This document shows, piece by piece, positions 37,601 to 45,285 of a stretch of 64,000 nt of DNA. The stretch is from Candidatus Tayloriibacteriota bacterium (lineage in GTDB: Bacteria; Patescibacteriota; Minisyncoccia; Phycocordibacterales; PALSA-1337), in contig JAQBRD010000026.1 of the NCBI GenBank assembly GCA_028286665.1, forward strand, positions 7,967 to 71,966, in the 5' to 3' direction. Numbering within the stretch: position 1 is the first letter of the stretch; each line of letters opens with the position of its first letter. The translations under genes and the position numbers were made by a program. The notes under the pieces were generated by a model. It had not been told where the DNA came from. It did no database searches and worked only from the letters and a program-made list of their open reading frames with translations.

Positions 37601-37864
37601 AGTCTTGCGACTGAAGACAAGACGCTCGACCAGGCCGATGCTACCGTCAAAAATCCGCAGCTCTGGCCTGATCACAAGGAGTGGCGCGACGATCGCGCGT
37701 TCCTGTACTTCGATCAGCTGTCTCCAGGAACGTACCAGTTCGACTATCTCGTTCGAGCTCTTGTCCCGGGAACCTATACGCAGCTGCCCGCGAACGTATC
37801 AGAGATGTATGTGCCGGAGAACTTCGGCCGAAGCGGTGCAGGCCTATTTACTATCGAGCAGTAA
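31622..37864 (+). CDS. Giant alpha-2-macroglobulin-family thioester-containing protein, N-terminally TM-anchored (2080 aa).
   Basis: YfhM/ECAM-like N-terminal MG domain (ISIVFNRPMVPL...GRYKWISTNTLQFIPEGGL...YTVKVNAGF). A2M region (FKEVAFWKPDIITDAAGNATVKFMLPDNLTTWQAEVVGIT). Thioester motif DYPYECTEQ (Cys codon at 36398). Alpha-helical TED region (GGFKLWPE...SYWGT). N-terminal TM VIVASVLVIGAAVFFGLM. Confidence 0.85.
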   Translation: MTLNNKSISVIVASVLVIGAAVFFGLMRPSGHIPAFEYQAVYRLVPENVSKSAAIRIELPAGVTGQPIDVAKQVSFEPSISGRWLEETEVSGAAATYDASQKKAVFYYKPNSSLDVGVHHDVILAMAGDQSIRSDFMTVADPEVRSILPHGDDEVMTNTKISIVFNRPMVPLSTLDQFDSGNLPVTIAPKTPGRYKWISTNTLQFIPEGGLISSAHYTVKVNAGFHSLEGLDAKPAESSFTTIHMRFWSDGSDSFGNDSRTNAVRGYNQPLLVRFNQAVDLDKTRPFIKVSDSNTGGSSVQYTLKYASATADGKTTEDQTMLAIYPAGGEQSSWEAEHQYVVIVDRAFPKSGGDISVSAPGRFAFVIDKIYSGLDVLSPRTNQASLDRFDPTGQLAINLYEAIDLSKSKIRGPAVAKVEYGEKCQENVTPCAKVPDRKRILVSFNAGILRTGATTEVVLDSVISDLGAQLASKPLSINLTVYQPLSIYGITADAYLDRLVICSNNPIDTEGKSNTISADPGFVATSWQRSYLHSDYASSAGCGIGRFETAVYGYLNGQTKYRASLNVKDIFGQSAQGAFDFVTRQVTSRDYLLRSYQDGEVVTVPAKTKLTFAVSYLPEVTATVCKLSPYDLYRLRNGENRNPKELCSQAVQKTIALKNDESGLKEFSVDIKDYFPQAVGNYAVLLSSPLITENSDYSWKYFDTTYVSVTNLIVTEKRIDPLDNNNYDSIRLTGEQIGKLQNLYWVIDAATQKPVSGASVSLFKNGAAVETATTDDKGLAFLTPVAGTEMAVASYGADAAVISGYSTKLNYADNAVNIKKMYIYSDKPIYRPGQEVDLKGLYRLGYDGYYELPPTEPVTLTVIDSGGDVVKTVNLTPNNFGSIHTSFVLPASARLGSYSACVKYQCTNFSVLDYSPAAFKVTLQTTDSEYFVGDKPEVNLDAAYYFGVPVSNASAEYHVSTQYYHFDKYAKEYFNFNNLSDDTSSEGYYYGDRYVGDGHAALDAGGHGIIKPALDAASLKDPQVSKIVIVDATVKNQQGRSVSSQKSFVLNAAPTYLGSKIEEPFVASSDAIKLKLKSVDTSGNGKSSGASAALYRVSWVNNGGNSSGSGSDWQRKRELVKTFSVTTDSSGDGELSLPQQTAGQYEVDVTSQGTVGSRSWFYVYGDQNVSVRSSDDTSLELVPSSATVKTGDTAEILIKVPEGAGKALVTIERGKVFSYEVMDITGTMNHFKFPVTDQYYPNVYVSVTVYSPNRSVRFGSYSFAVDSGQKKLNITVQSDKKFYNPGDPVTLQLTAKDEAGQPVASEISLAVVDMSVLALRGNPKKDPLSSFYGHVYLTVATYSNFKNLLKQVERKSEDGKGGSGGDSKNQKSRGIFKEVAFWKPDIITDAAGNATVKFMLPDNLTTWQAEVVGITADTHVGAAYSEFTTNKTLMVVPLKPRFVLPGDRFSLGATVFNNSKVDFNGIVKLKADSLVVSKASLEKNVGIKAGSSQTIYWDAAVPYSVQAGTMSYSISAGGQDLTDAVDDELIVNENTAYEVTATAGQTDTSAREALYVPSTVIPGQGGLTLKSSATLAVYLGDALKYMLDYPYECTEQISSRIETLALMKNAGALVDVQKKKDADKMVLSGLQSIYDRQNPDGGFKLWPESRTSSYWGTLEAIKAFDVLQRSGYSIDASVWDKSAAYVHDQYFAQNINRVFLDPVDMAAALFTRPRYVGQEDVRQAFEQAAQNAMKDPKIPNGKLITLSQIMHRYQLMPSLQGKTDLMLENRIVVDSRGSFLDIGTSDSYADTAISNTARFISLLSENKQSNVELPNLLRWLTRSRSKDGAWGSTENTLAVVQAFTSYLKWQPETSATFTLDTSLNGTQIDHFDFKPDTILTQLSKIIPMAALHSGALNTVSFAKSSVKGTDVGKIYYDMSFKYYLPAGTLGPRDEGFAIQRNFYALSDKDGVKPMLKAKVGDVMREHIEITVPATRNQVALEDFIPAGMEIVDTSLATEDKTLDQADATVKNPQLWPDHKEWRDDRAFLYFDQLSPGTYQFDYLVRALVPGTYTQLPANVSEMYVPENFGRSGAGLFTIEQ

Positions 37865-39724
37865 TGTCCGAGCGGTCTCAGGCTCTTCCGCGGAGTTGAT
37901 ATCGTCGAACGAGAAGGGCGCATGCCGATCGTATGCTGTCTGCTGCATGAGCTGCATCACCTTGCTCCAGATCTCTCCCGCTCCGCTCTGTCCCGACAGG
38001 GACTTGGTCGGCTTGTTGTCGGAATTTCCGACCCATACGCCGACGACGTAATCCGCCGTGTATCCGACTACCAAGCTATCTCGATAGTCATCCGAGGTTC
38101 CGGTCTTGAGCGCATAGTTCTGATAGGGCAGATTGAGGTCGCTCACATAGCCGAATTGATCGATGCCGATATATCGGTCAGACAGGATCTTGGTTATGAG
38201 CTCCGTATATTGCGGATCGATGACCTTCTTTTCTTCTCCCGGGAAGAAAAGCCTGTTGATATTCTGATCGGAAAAAAGCCGCACCGGCTCGAGCTTTCCC
38301 TTATTCGGGAAGATGCTGTAGAAGTGAACGAGCTGCGGCAGCGTCATGTCGATCGTGCCGAGCGCTGCGCCGAGCTGGTGATCGTGGACTTTCTTGATAT
38401 CGGCATAGCCGAGCTCGCCGAGAAAATTGCCGAACGCGTCGAGTCCGACGAACCTAAGCGTCTTGATCGCCGGAATGTTGATGCTGTTCGCCAGGGCATA
38501 TGCTGCAGTGATGCGCCCGTGATATTTCATATCATAATTCTTCGGATACAAGGTTCTGCCGTCGAAAGTCACATATCTGTATTCCGCATCATCGATGAGG
38601 GAATCAGGACGCGCGCCCATCTCGAAAGCTTTGGCGTAGACGAATGGCTTTATGGTCGAAGCGACCTGCCTCGGCTTGGTGAGCATGTTGATCTGCTGGC
38701 CGAAATCTTCCGCAGCAGGATCGGCGCTTCCGATCATGCTGAGTATCTCGTTGGAAGGCAGCTTCATGATGATGACTGCCATGTTGTGCGCATCGCGGCT
38801 CGCCAGAGACGGCTGCGCATCTTCGACGATGGCACGCACTTTATCCGCAAGCTCTTTGTCGATGGAAACCCGCACGGTCTTCATGGGCAAGTCCTTGGAC
38901 GCATATGATCGCAGTTCGAAACTGTCTTTCTGCGCCAGAAACTTTTTGAGATTCCTTGATGCGGTCTCCGGCGATACGAAGCCGTCTTTCGCTACTCGGA
39001 TATTCAAAGCTGAAGCCAGTCGCATCGCAGAGTCAATATTGTTTCCGAGAAGGGGATTGTTGTAGCTCGGACTGCCGAGCGAGGAGAGGAGCTGGAAAAT
39101 CTCCGCTTCAGACAGGCTGTCCGCCGACTTGGAGAAGTACGCTTGGCTGGCCGTCTCGACACCCTGGATATGGTTTCCGAAGTAGACGGTATTGCAGTAT
39201 TTGAGCAGCACGTCCTTCTTTCCCAGGAAAAGGTCGAGCGGCAGTACCGACAGCAGCTCGGTGGATTTGTTCATGATCGTCCGGTCATTTTCCTGTTCGA
39301 GCAGGAGCTTGGTGAGCTGCTGCTCGATCGTGCTCGCACCCCGATGGCTGCCGATTCCTGCTTTGGACAGCATGAGTTCGCCGATGCTCACCGGATTCAC
39401 TCCCGGATGCAGATAAAAGAATCGATCTTCCTTTCGGAGCAGCAGCTTTGAGAATATCTCCGGCGTGCTGGTGGCATAGAGCGCATAATTGCCTTTCGCA
39501 TTCGGCATGAGCATGAGCAAGCGGCCATTCCTGTCTATGAAGCTGACTGATTGGTTTTGATCATAGAGCTGCACGAGCTTCTGCCTGTCGTATGCGCCGT
39601 ATATGAGGAAAGCGCATATGATGACGATGCTTCCCAAACAGATGGTTGTGCGCGCGCGGCGGAGTTTCATATTTGTCAGCGAATTTTTGGTTTTTTCAGT
39701 ATACCTCGAAATGAAAGCTTTCAA
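37844..39724 (-). CDS. pbpC: Class A penicillin-binding protein (glycosyltransferase GT51 + transpeptidase), PbpC-like.
   Basis: GT51 motifs EDRFYLHPGVNP, GASTIEQQLTK and RKLKE. Transpeptidase motifs STIKPF (SxxK), SIN (SxN) and KTGTS. N-terminal TM anchor. The 3' end overlaps the A2M 3' end by 21 nt (convergent). Confidence 0.8.
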   Translation of the reverse strand: MKAFISRYTEKTKNSLTNMKLRRARTTICLGSIVIICAFLIYGAYDRQKLVQLYDQNQSVSFIDRNGRLLMLMPNAKGNYALYATSTPEIFSKLLLRKEDRFFYLHPGVNPVSIGELMLSKAGIGSHRGASTIEQQLTKLLLEQENDRTIMNKSTELLSVLPLDLFLGKKDVLLKYCNTVYFGNHIQGVETASQAYFSKSADSLSEAEIFQLLSSLGSPSYNNPLLGNNIDSAMRLASALNIRVAKDGFVSPETASRNLKKFLAQKDSFELRSYASKDLPMKTVRVSIDKELADKVRAIVEDAQPSLASRDAHNMAVIIMKLPSNEILSMIGSADPAAEDFGQQINMLTKPRQVASTIKPFVYAKAFEMGARPDSLIDDAEYRYVTFDGRTLYPKNYDMKYHGRITAAYALANSINIPAIKTLRFVGLDAFGNFLGELGYADIKKVHDHQLGAALGTIDMTLPQLVHFYSIFPNKGKLEPVRLFSDQNINRLFFPGEEKKVIDPQYTELITKILSDRYIGIDQFGYVSDLNLPYQNYALKTGTSDDYRDSLVVGYTADYVVGVWVGNSDNKPTKSLSGQSGAGEIWSKVMQLMQQTAYDRHAPFSFDDINSAEEPETARTLLLDSK

Positions 39725-39754
39725 AAAGCCAATAAATAAGCTAGTATTTCATCC

Positions 39755-40864
39755 ATGTCACTATCCATCGGAATCGTCGGCCTCCCCAACGTCGGAAAAT
39801 CAACGCTCTTCGTCGCGCTCACGCGTAAGAGCGTCCTCATCGCGAACTATCCGTTCGCCACGATCGACCCGTCGGTCGGCGTCGTCGCCGTACCTGACGA
39901 GCGCCTCCTCAAGCTCGCAGAATTCTCCAAGACGCAGAAAACCGTCCCAGCCGTGATCGAATTCGTCGACATCGCAGGACTCGTGAAGGGCGCATCCGCA
40001 GGCGAAGGCCTCGGCAACCAGTTCCTCACCAACATCCGCGAGACCGATGCGATAGCCGAAGTTGTCCGAATCTTCGAGGATGACAACATCATCCACGTCG
40101 ACGGCAAGATCAACCCGATCAGCGACATCGAGGTCATCAATCTCGAGCTCATCCTCGCCGACCTTCAGACCGTCACCAAGCGCCTCTCGAACCTCGGCCG
40201 CGACGTGAAAGCGGGGAAGAAGGAATCCATCCTCGAAGCGAGCGTGTGCGAGAAGCTCAAGGTCCTCCTCGAAGCCGGCAAGCTCGCGATCGCCGTCATT
40301 CCTGATCTTACTGAATTCGAGAAGCCATTCCTGAAGACGCTCCACCTCCTCACCTCGAAGCCGATCATGTATATTTTGAATAAGAAAGCAGGCGGAAAGA
40401 ATCTCGACGAGATGAAGGATGATCCTCGCTGGATCGCGCTCATGAAATTCTTCACCGAGACGAAAGCCGGCTGGGTCATCGTCGACGCAGGCATCGAGCA
40501 CGAGCTGAAGGACTTCGAGGGAACAGAGAAGAATGAGATGCGCGACGGCCTCGGCGCGAATACCGATGACGGCATCAACGACCTCATCAAGAAAGGCTAT
40601 GAGATGCTCAATCTCATCACCTATTTCACGACAGGCGAAAAGGAAACCCGCGCTTGGACTATCGGCCGCGGCTGGACTGCACCGAAAGCCGGCACCGCTA
40701 TCCATGGAGACTTCGAAGAGAAATTCATCCGCGCAGAAGTGATCGAATGGGACAAGCTCATCGAGTCCGGCTCATTCGGCGTCGCTCGCGAGAAGGGCCT
40801 CCTGAGAACTGAAGGAAGGGAATATGTCGTGAAGGATGGAGATGTGATGGAATTTAAAATCTGA
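39755..40864 (+). CDS. ychF: Ribosome-binding ATPase YchF.
   Basis: G1 motif GIVGLPNVGKSTLF, OBG-type GTPase core, C-terminal TGS domain (GDVMEFKI). Confidence 0.9.
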   Translation: MSLSIGIVGLPNVGKSTLFVALTRKSVLIANYPFATIDPSVGVVAVPDERLLKLAEFSKTQKTVPAVIEFVDIAGLVKGASAGEGLGNQFLTNIRETDAIAEVVRIFEDDNIIHVDGKINPISDIEVINLELILADLQTVTKRLSNLGRDVKAGKKESILEASVCEKLKVLLEAGKLAIAVIPDLTEFEKPFLKTLHLLTSKPIMYILNKKAGGKNLDEMKDDPRWIALMKFFTETKAGWVIVDAGIEHELKDFEGTEKNEMRDGLGANTDDGINDLIKKGYEMLNLITYFTTGEKETRAWTIGRGWTAPKAGTAIHGDFEEKFIRAEVIEWDKLIESGSFGVAREKGLLRTEGREYVVKDGDVMEFKI

Positions 40865-40924
40865 CATTGTCAGATTTTGATCCATCACTTCGAACGCAGT
40901 GAGAAGCCGATGGAATTCGACTAT

Positions 40925-40953
40925 AAAAAACCTCAGCGCTCGCTGAGGTTTTT
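40925..40953. terminator. Bidirectional terminator between ychF and the convergent membrane-protein gene. A second hairpin, aaaatctgacattgtcagatttt (40857..40878), spans the ychF stop.
   Basis: aaaaaacctcagcg ctcgctgaggttttt palindrome with flanking A/T tracts. Confidence 0.5.
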
Positions 40954-41373
40954 CTATTTGACTTCGCACTTCTTCTGCCTCCGATAGAGATGCTTCGATT
41001 CCTTGGTGAGTGCGAGGACGCCGACGACGACGACATAGGTCGCGCGCACTTCGGCAGGGAGCTCGTAATTCTTCTGGATGAAGACGTTTGCAGCCAGGAT
41101 GCCGAAGACGAGGAGCGTCCAGCAGATCACATAGAGCTCTCCGGGATGCATCGTCTCATGACAGTCGTGCCAGCGCTTGAATTCCTTTTCCGCGCTATAG
41201 ATCGCGAGCGAAGCTCCGTAGAGGACGGAGACGATGAGGATGACGTTGTCATGGTCGAGCGCATTGTTCATGACATAATCCGCAATGACGACGATGAAGA
41301 AGATGATCGTCCAGAAATTCGTCAGGCGGCGCCAGAATGCCTCGGTGAATTTTCGCGGGTGGTTGGTTTTCAT
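40954..41373 (-). CDS. Four-TM membrane protein, hypothetical.
   Basis: 139 aa with hydrophobic helices. A TATAAT box (reverse strand, ~41395..41400) lies just upstream of the start. Confidence 0.4.
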   Translation of the reverse strand: MKTNHPRKFTEAFWRRLTNFWTIIFFIVVIADYVMNNALDHDNVILIVSVLYGASLAIYSAEKEFKRWHDCHETMHPGELYVICWTLLVFGILAANVFIQKNYELPAEVRATYVVVVGVLALTKESKHLYRRQKKCEVK

Positions 41374-41832
41374 GATGTTCCTATACGCGAATATTATACC
41401 ATGTGTTCTAATACAGGCCTATTTTTCGTCATGAAATAGCCCTTGCGTCAATGTCGTATATGTGGTATTGTAGTACGCGGTACAGAGTTGTGCCGATCGT
41501 CAATCAAATCAAGTTTTCGTCAGAAAATCAGCAGAAAAGGACTATAAGTATGATATTATCCCGTTCCACCAGTTCCCGGATCAGCGAGGAGAGGCGCATC
41601 AGCAGGCCTTTCTTCTTTTCCAAAGCCCAGGTGCATCGCGGCGCAAGCTTGGGTCATCCGACGCTTCCAAGCGAACGGCTCCTCAGCAAGTGCTCGAAGC
41701 TCCTCAGCCTCTTCGGCCGGTAATCAGTCGGGAATAGTGCATATCCCGGATGATTTCATTCAACACCACACCCCAGACTTTAAGCCGCGCATGCACCGCG
41801 GCTTTTTGTTTTCGCATCATTTCACAATACTA

Positions 41833-41861
41833 TTGACATATTATACCACATGCAGTATTAT
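41833..41861 (+). promoter_or_regulatory. Sigma-70-type promoter candidate TTGACA-17 nt-TATTAT for the gene at 41897.
   Basis: TTGACA at 41833..41838, 17-nt spacer, TATTAT at 41856..41861. Same architecture as the promoter at 21922. Confidence 0.4.
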
Positions 41862-41896
41862 GACTTTACAACACTCTTAGAAGTTGATATAAAAGT

Positions 41897-42949
41897 ATGA
41901 CTATGTCTAACACCCAACTCAAACCAAAGCAGACGACGAAGCGACTTCTTGCGGTACTCCCAGATCGAGCGCGAGACGTGCTCATCAATCGTTACGGCCT
42001 TGGGAAGAGTTCGGAAAAGATGACGCTCGACGCGATCGGCAAGCTCTATGGCATCACTCGAGAGCGCGTCCGACAGATCGAGAACTACGCGATCAACAAT
42101 ATCCGCAAGTCGGATGTCTATAAATCCGAGAAGGCCGCATTCCAGGAAATGGAAGACATGCTCCACTCGCTCGGAGGCATCGTCGTCGAGGAAGATTTCC
42201 TCGGACATGTCGCAAAGGACGTCTCTACTCAGAATCACATCCACTTCCTCCTTGTCGTCGGCGATTCTTTCAAGAAGCACAAGGAAGACGAAGAATTCAA
42301 GCACCGATGGCATGTGAACGAATCTCTCGCGAAGCAGGTCGAAGACTCGCTCCGGAAGCTCTACGGATCCCTTTCAGACCAGGACCTCCTTCCTGAATCA
42401 GAGATGGTCAACCGATTCCTCGAGCATCTCGAAGGCGTCGCTGAGAAATACAAGAATCAGGAGATCATGAAGCGATGGCTCGGCATCTCGAAGCATATCG
42501 GCAAGAACGCCATCGGCGAATGGGGAGTCGCTCATTCTCCGAACATCAAGACGAAGGGCATGCGGGATTATGCATTCCTCGTCATCCGAAAGCACGGATC
42601 CCCGATCCACTTCCGAGAAGTCGCCAAGCAGATCAGCGTCGTCTTCAAGAAGAAGGCGCATGTCGCCACGACGCATAACGAGCTCATCAAGGATCCTCGA
42701 TTCGTCCTCGTCGGCCGCGGACTCTACGCGCTCGCAGAATGGGGATACATGTCAGGCGTCGTGAAGGACGTCATCAAGAAGATCGTCGACAAGCACGGCC
42801 CGCTCACTAAGGAAGAGATCATCGAGAAAGTCCTCAAGGAGCGATACGTGAAGGAGAACACGATCATGGTCAACCTCCAGAATCAGAAGCATTTCAAGAA
42901 AGACAAGGAAGGCCGATATCATCTCTCAGACGAAAAGACGGCCGCATAG
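41897..42949 (+). CDS. DNA-binding protein combining a sigma-70 region-4-like HTH with a C-terminal HARE-HTH (RNAP delta-subunit-like) domain.
   Basis: N-terminal VLINRYGLGKSSEKMTLDAIGKLYGITRERVRQIENYAINNIRK (sigma r4 signature ITRERVRQIE). C-terminal FLVIRKHGSPIHFREVAKQI...HNELIKDPRFVLVGRGLYALAEWGY, which is a HARE-HTH-like motif. Confidence 0.5.
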   Translation: MTMSNTQLKPKQTTKRLLAVLPDRARDVLINRYGLGKSSEKMTLDAIGKLYGITRERVRQIENYAINNIRKSDVYKSEKAAFQEMEDMLHSLGGIVVEEDFLGHVAKDVSTQNHIHFLLVVGDSFKKHKEDEEFKHRWHVNESLAKQVEDSLRKLYGSLSDQDLLPESEMVNRFLEHLEGVAEKYKNQEIMKRWLGISKHIGKNAIGEWGVAHSPNIKTKGMRDYAFLVIRKHGSPIHFREVAKQISVVFKKKAHVATTHNELIKDPRFVLVGRGLYALAEWGYMSGVVKDVIKKIVDKHGPLTKEEIIEKVLKERYVKENTIMVNLQNQKHFKKDKEGRYHLSDEKTAA

Positions 42950-42990
42950 CTTTCATAGATAAAAAGAATAAAAAATAGTATACTCTTCAT

Positions 42991-44301
42991 ATGTTTGAAG
43001 AGTTTATTATTTGGTCCCCGATCTGGCTCACCGCGCTCGTAGGCTCCATCATCGGGCTGGTCTATTTCATCCCGACTGTCGCGCGCGAGTATGCCGGCTT
43101 ATTCGAGCAGTCCATCGCGATGCTCCTCATCACCATGCCGTATTGGCTGCCGGTTCTCGGCATCATCATCTTCTGGAATACATGGGTGGTCTTCGTCCGC
43201 GGACGCTACTTGGCAGGCATCAAATGGTCGCTGCTCGAATTGAAGCTTCCGCTCGAGATCACGAAAACCCCGCTCGCCATGGAGACGTTCCTCATGTCAT
43301 TGCATCAGGGAGGAAGCGAGGCGACGTTCATCGACCGCTGGTGGAAAGGCCAGACTCGCGGCATCTTCTCGCTCGAGATCATCTCCGTCGAAGGGCAGAT
43401 CAAGTTCCTCATCTATACGCAGACGAAGTTCCGCGGCATGATCGAAGCCGCCCTCTATGCGCAGTATCCCGACATCGAGATCCATGAAGCAGTCGATTAT
43501 ACGCACTCGGTCCATTTCGACCCGAAGGAAAGCGACATGTACGTCATCGACTACAAATTCACCGCGCCGGATCCGTATCCGATCAATACGTACGTTGAAT
43601 ACGGCATCGACGATACGAATGTCGATGAGGAGAACAAGATCGATCCGATCAACCACATGCTCGAATTCATGGGCTCGATCGGAACGAATCAGCAGTGCTG
43701 GTTCCAGCTCATCATGCGCCTGCACAAGGACGATCAGCATAAGCCGGGAACGCTCTTCGGCAAGTGGGACAAATTCAAGGATGACGCCAAGAAGGAGATC
43801 GAGAAGATCCGAGCGAGCGCCGTGCAGAAGACCGGCGACGACAAGATCAAGTTCCCGAATCCGACGAAGGGCGAGCAGGAGCGCATCGCCGCGATCGAAC
43901 GGAAGCTCTCGAAGCTTCCGTTCGACGTGGGACTGCGCGGCATCTATTTCGCGAAGAAGGAATTCTTCAATGGCGGAAATATCGGATCGCTCCGCACGAT
44001 GCTCCGCGCGTACAGCACCGGCCATCTGAACGGCTTCAAGCCGATGAACTGGCTCAACGACTTCGACTACCCATGGCAGGATTACAAGGATATGCGAAAG
44101 AATGCCCTCAAGCGCGAAGGCCTCGAGGCATACAAGCGTCGTTCTTATTTTTACCCTCCATTCGTCGGAAAATTGAATCTCGTCATGAACACCGAGGAGA
44201 TCGCTTCCATCTTCCATCTTCCTGGCCAGGTCGCGAAGACGCCGACATTGCCGCGACTTCCTTCGAAACGTTCGGAAGCTCCTGGAAATCTTCCAATATA
44301 A
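42991..44301 (+). CDS. Membrane protein (two N-terminal TM helices plus a ~330-aa cytoplasmic domain), hypothetical.
   Basis: TM helices IWLTALVGSIIGLVYFIP and LLITMPYWLPVLGIIIFWNTWVVFV. No motif recognised in the soluble domain. Separated from the downstream mltG by 6 nt. Confidence 0.45.
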   Translation: MFEEFIIWSPIWLTALVGSIIGLVYFIPTVAREYAGLFEQSIAMLLITMPYWLPVLGIIIFWNTWVVFVRGRYLAGIKWSLLELKLPLEITKTPLAMETFLMSLHQGGSEATFIDRWWKGQTRGIFSLEIISVEGQIKFLIYTQTKFRGMIEAALYAQYPDIEIHEAVDYTHSVHFDPKESDMYVIDYKFTAPDPYPINTYVEYGIDDTNVDEENKIDPINHMLEFMGSIGTNQQCWFQLIMRLHKDDQHKPGTLFGKWDKFKDDAKKEIEKIRASAVQKTGDDKIKFPNPTKGEQERIAAIERKLSKLPFDVGLRGIYFAKKEFFNGGNIGSLRTMLRAYSTGHLNGFKPMNWLNDFDYPWQDYKDMRKNALKREGLEAYKRRSYFYPPFVGKLNLVMNTEEIASIFHLPGQVAKTPTLPRLPSKRSEAPGNLPI

Positions 44302-44307
44302 TCCGTC

Positions 44308-45285
44308 ATGCGTTTTCGAACCTTTATTTGCATAGTGTTGGTGATCGTCGTGCTCGCATTCGCAGCAGTCGCTGCTTTCGCAGTGCTCTCATCTTCGCCG
44401 AGTGATTTTCCGATAGGCGCTACCGTCAATATTCCGAGGAATGCGACGATTTCCGAAATCGCAACTTCGCTCAAAGAACGCTCATTCATCCGATCGGAGG
44501 ATGCCTTCAAGGTTGCCGCGCTCATGCTCGGAGGCAGCAACGGGCTCCTGTCGGGCGACTATCTCTTCGATCGTCCGACGAATGTCTGGAAGCTCGTCGA
44601 ACGCATCACGAAAGGCGATCAGGGGATCGCTCGGGTGAAAGTGACATTTCCTGAAGGCATCACGGTGAAGGAGATGGGGAATATCGTCGCGTCGCAGGTG
44701 AGCGGGTTCGATGCTGCGGGATTCGTCGCGCGCGCATCGACATCGGAAGGATACCTCTTTCCTGATACGTATTATTTCTTCAGCAATGCCAAGCCGCTGG
44801 ACGTCGTTCGAGTCATCGCCGCCGAATTCGATCAGAAATATGCGACGTTGCTGAGCGATCCTGCCATCGTCGCCGGGACGATGTATGGCAAGACGAAACG
44901 CGAGATCGTCACCATGGCTTCGATCCTCGAAGACGAAGTGAAGAGCGCCCAGGACCGCTCGATCGTTTCAGGGATTCTCTGGAAGCGACTGGCAAAGGGC
45001 ATGCCGCTTCAGGTCGATGCTCCGTTTGGCTATATTCTCGGCAAATCCACCGAGGATCTGACGCTCGATGATCTCAAGACGAATTCTCCATACAATACCT
45101 ATTTGAATAAAGGCTTGCCGCCGACGCCGATCAACAACCCCGGCCTCGAAGCGCTCCGCGCGACGATGATGCCGACATCCACGCCGTACTGGTTCTATCT
45201 TTCTGATAAGAAGGGCGCGATCCATTATGCGAAGACATATGCGGAGCATCTCGCGAATAAAGAAAACTATCTCAACGGTAAATAG
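44308..45285 (+). CDS. mltG: Endolytic murein transglycosylase MltG (YceG family).
   Basis: N-terminal TM. YceG motifs EGYLFPDTYYF, REIVTMASILEDEVKSAQDRSIVSGILWKRLAKGMPLQVDAPFGY and GLPPTPINNPGLEALRA. Confidence 0.8.
   Translation: MRFRTFICIVLVIVVLAFAAVAAFAVLSSSPSDFPIGATVNIPRNATISEIATSLKERSFIRSEDAFKVAALMLGGSNGLLSGDYLFDRPTNVWKLVERITKGDQGIARVKVTFPEGITVKEMGNIVASQVSGFDAAGFVARASTSEGYLFPDTYYFFSNAKPLDVVRVIAAEFDQKYATLLSDPAIVAGTMYGKTKREIVTMASILEDEVKSAQDRSIVSGILWKRLAKGMPLQVDAPFGYILGKSTEDLTLDDLKTNSPYNTYLNKGLPPTPINNPGLEALRATMMPTSTPYWFYLSDKKGAIHYAKTYAEHLANKENYLNGK

Noticed and set aside
41374-41896. Looked for tRNA, tmRNA or RNase P RNA in the largest intergenic gap.
   Set aside because: No GTTCGAATC-type T-loop, no GGAAAGTCCGG P4 motif, and no tag-peptide reading frame ending in ALAA were seen. 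The region is kept only as a generic ncRNA candidate.
43297-44217. 306-aa minus ORF and 190-aa plus ORF inside the 42991..44301 gene.
   Set aside because: They overlap a hydrophobic-helix-containing ORF with better coding character. The products are Arg/Ser/Leu-rich low complexity.
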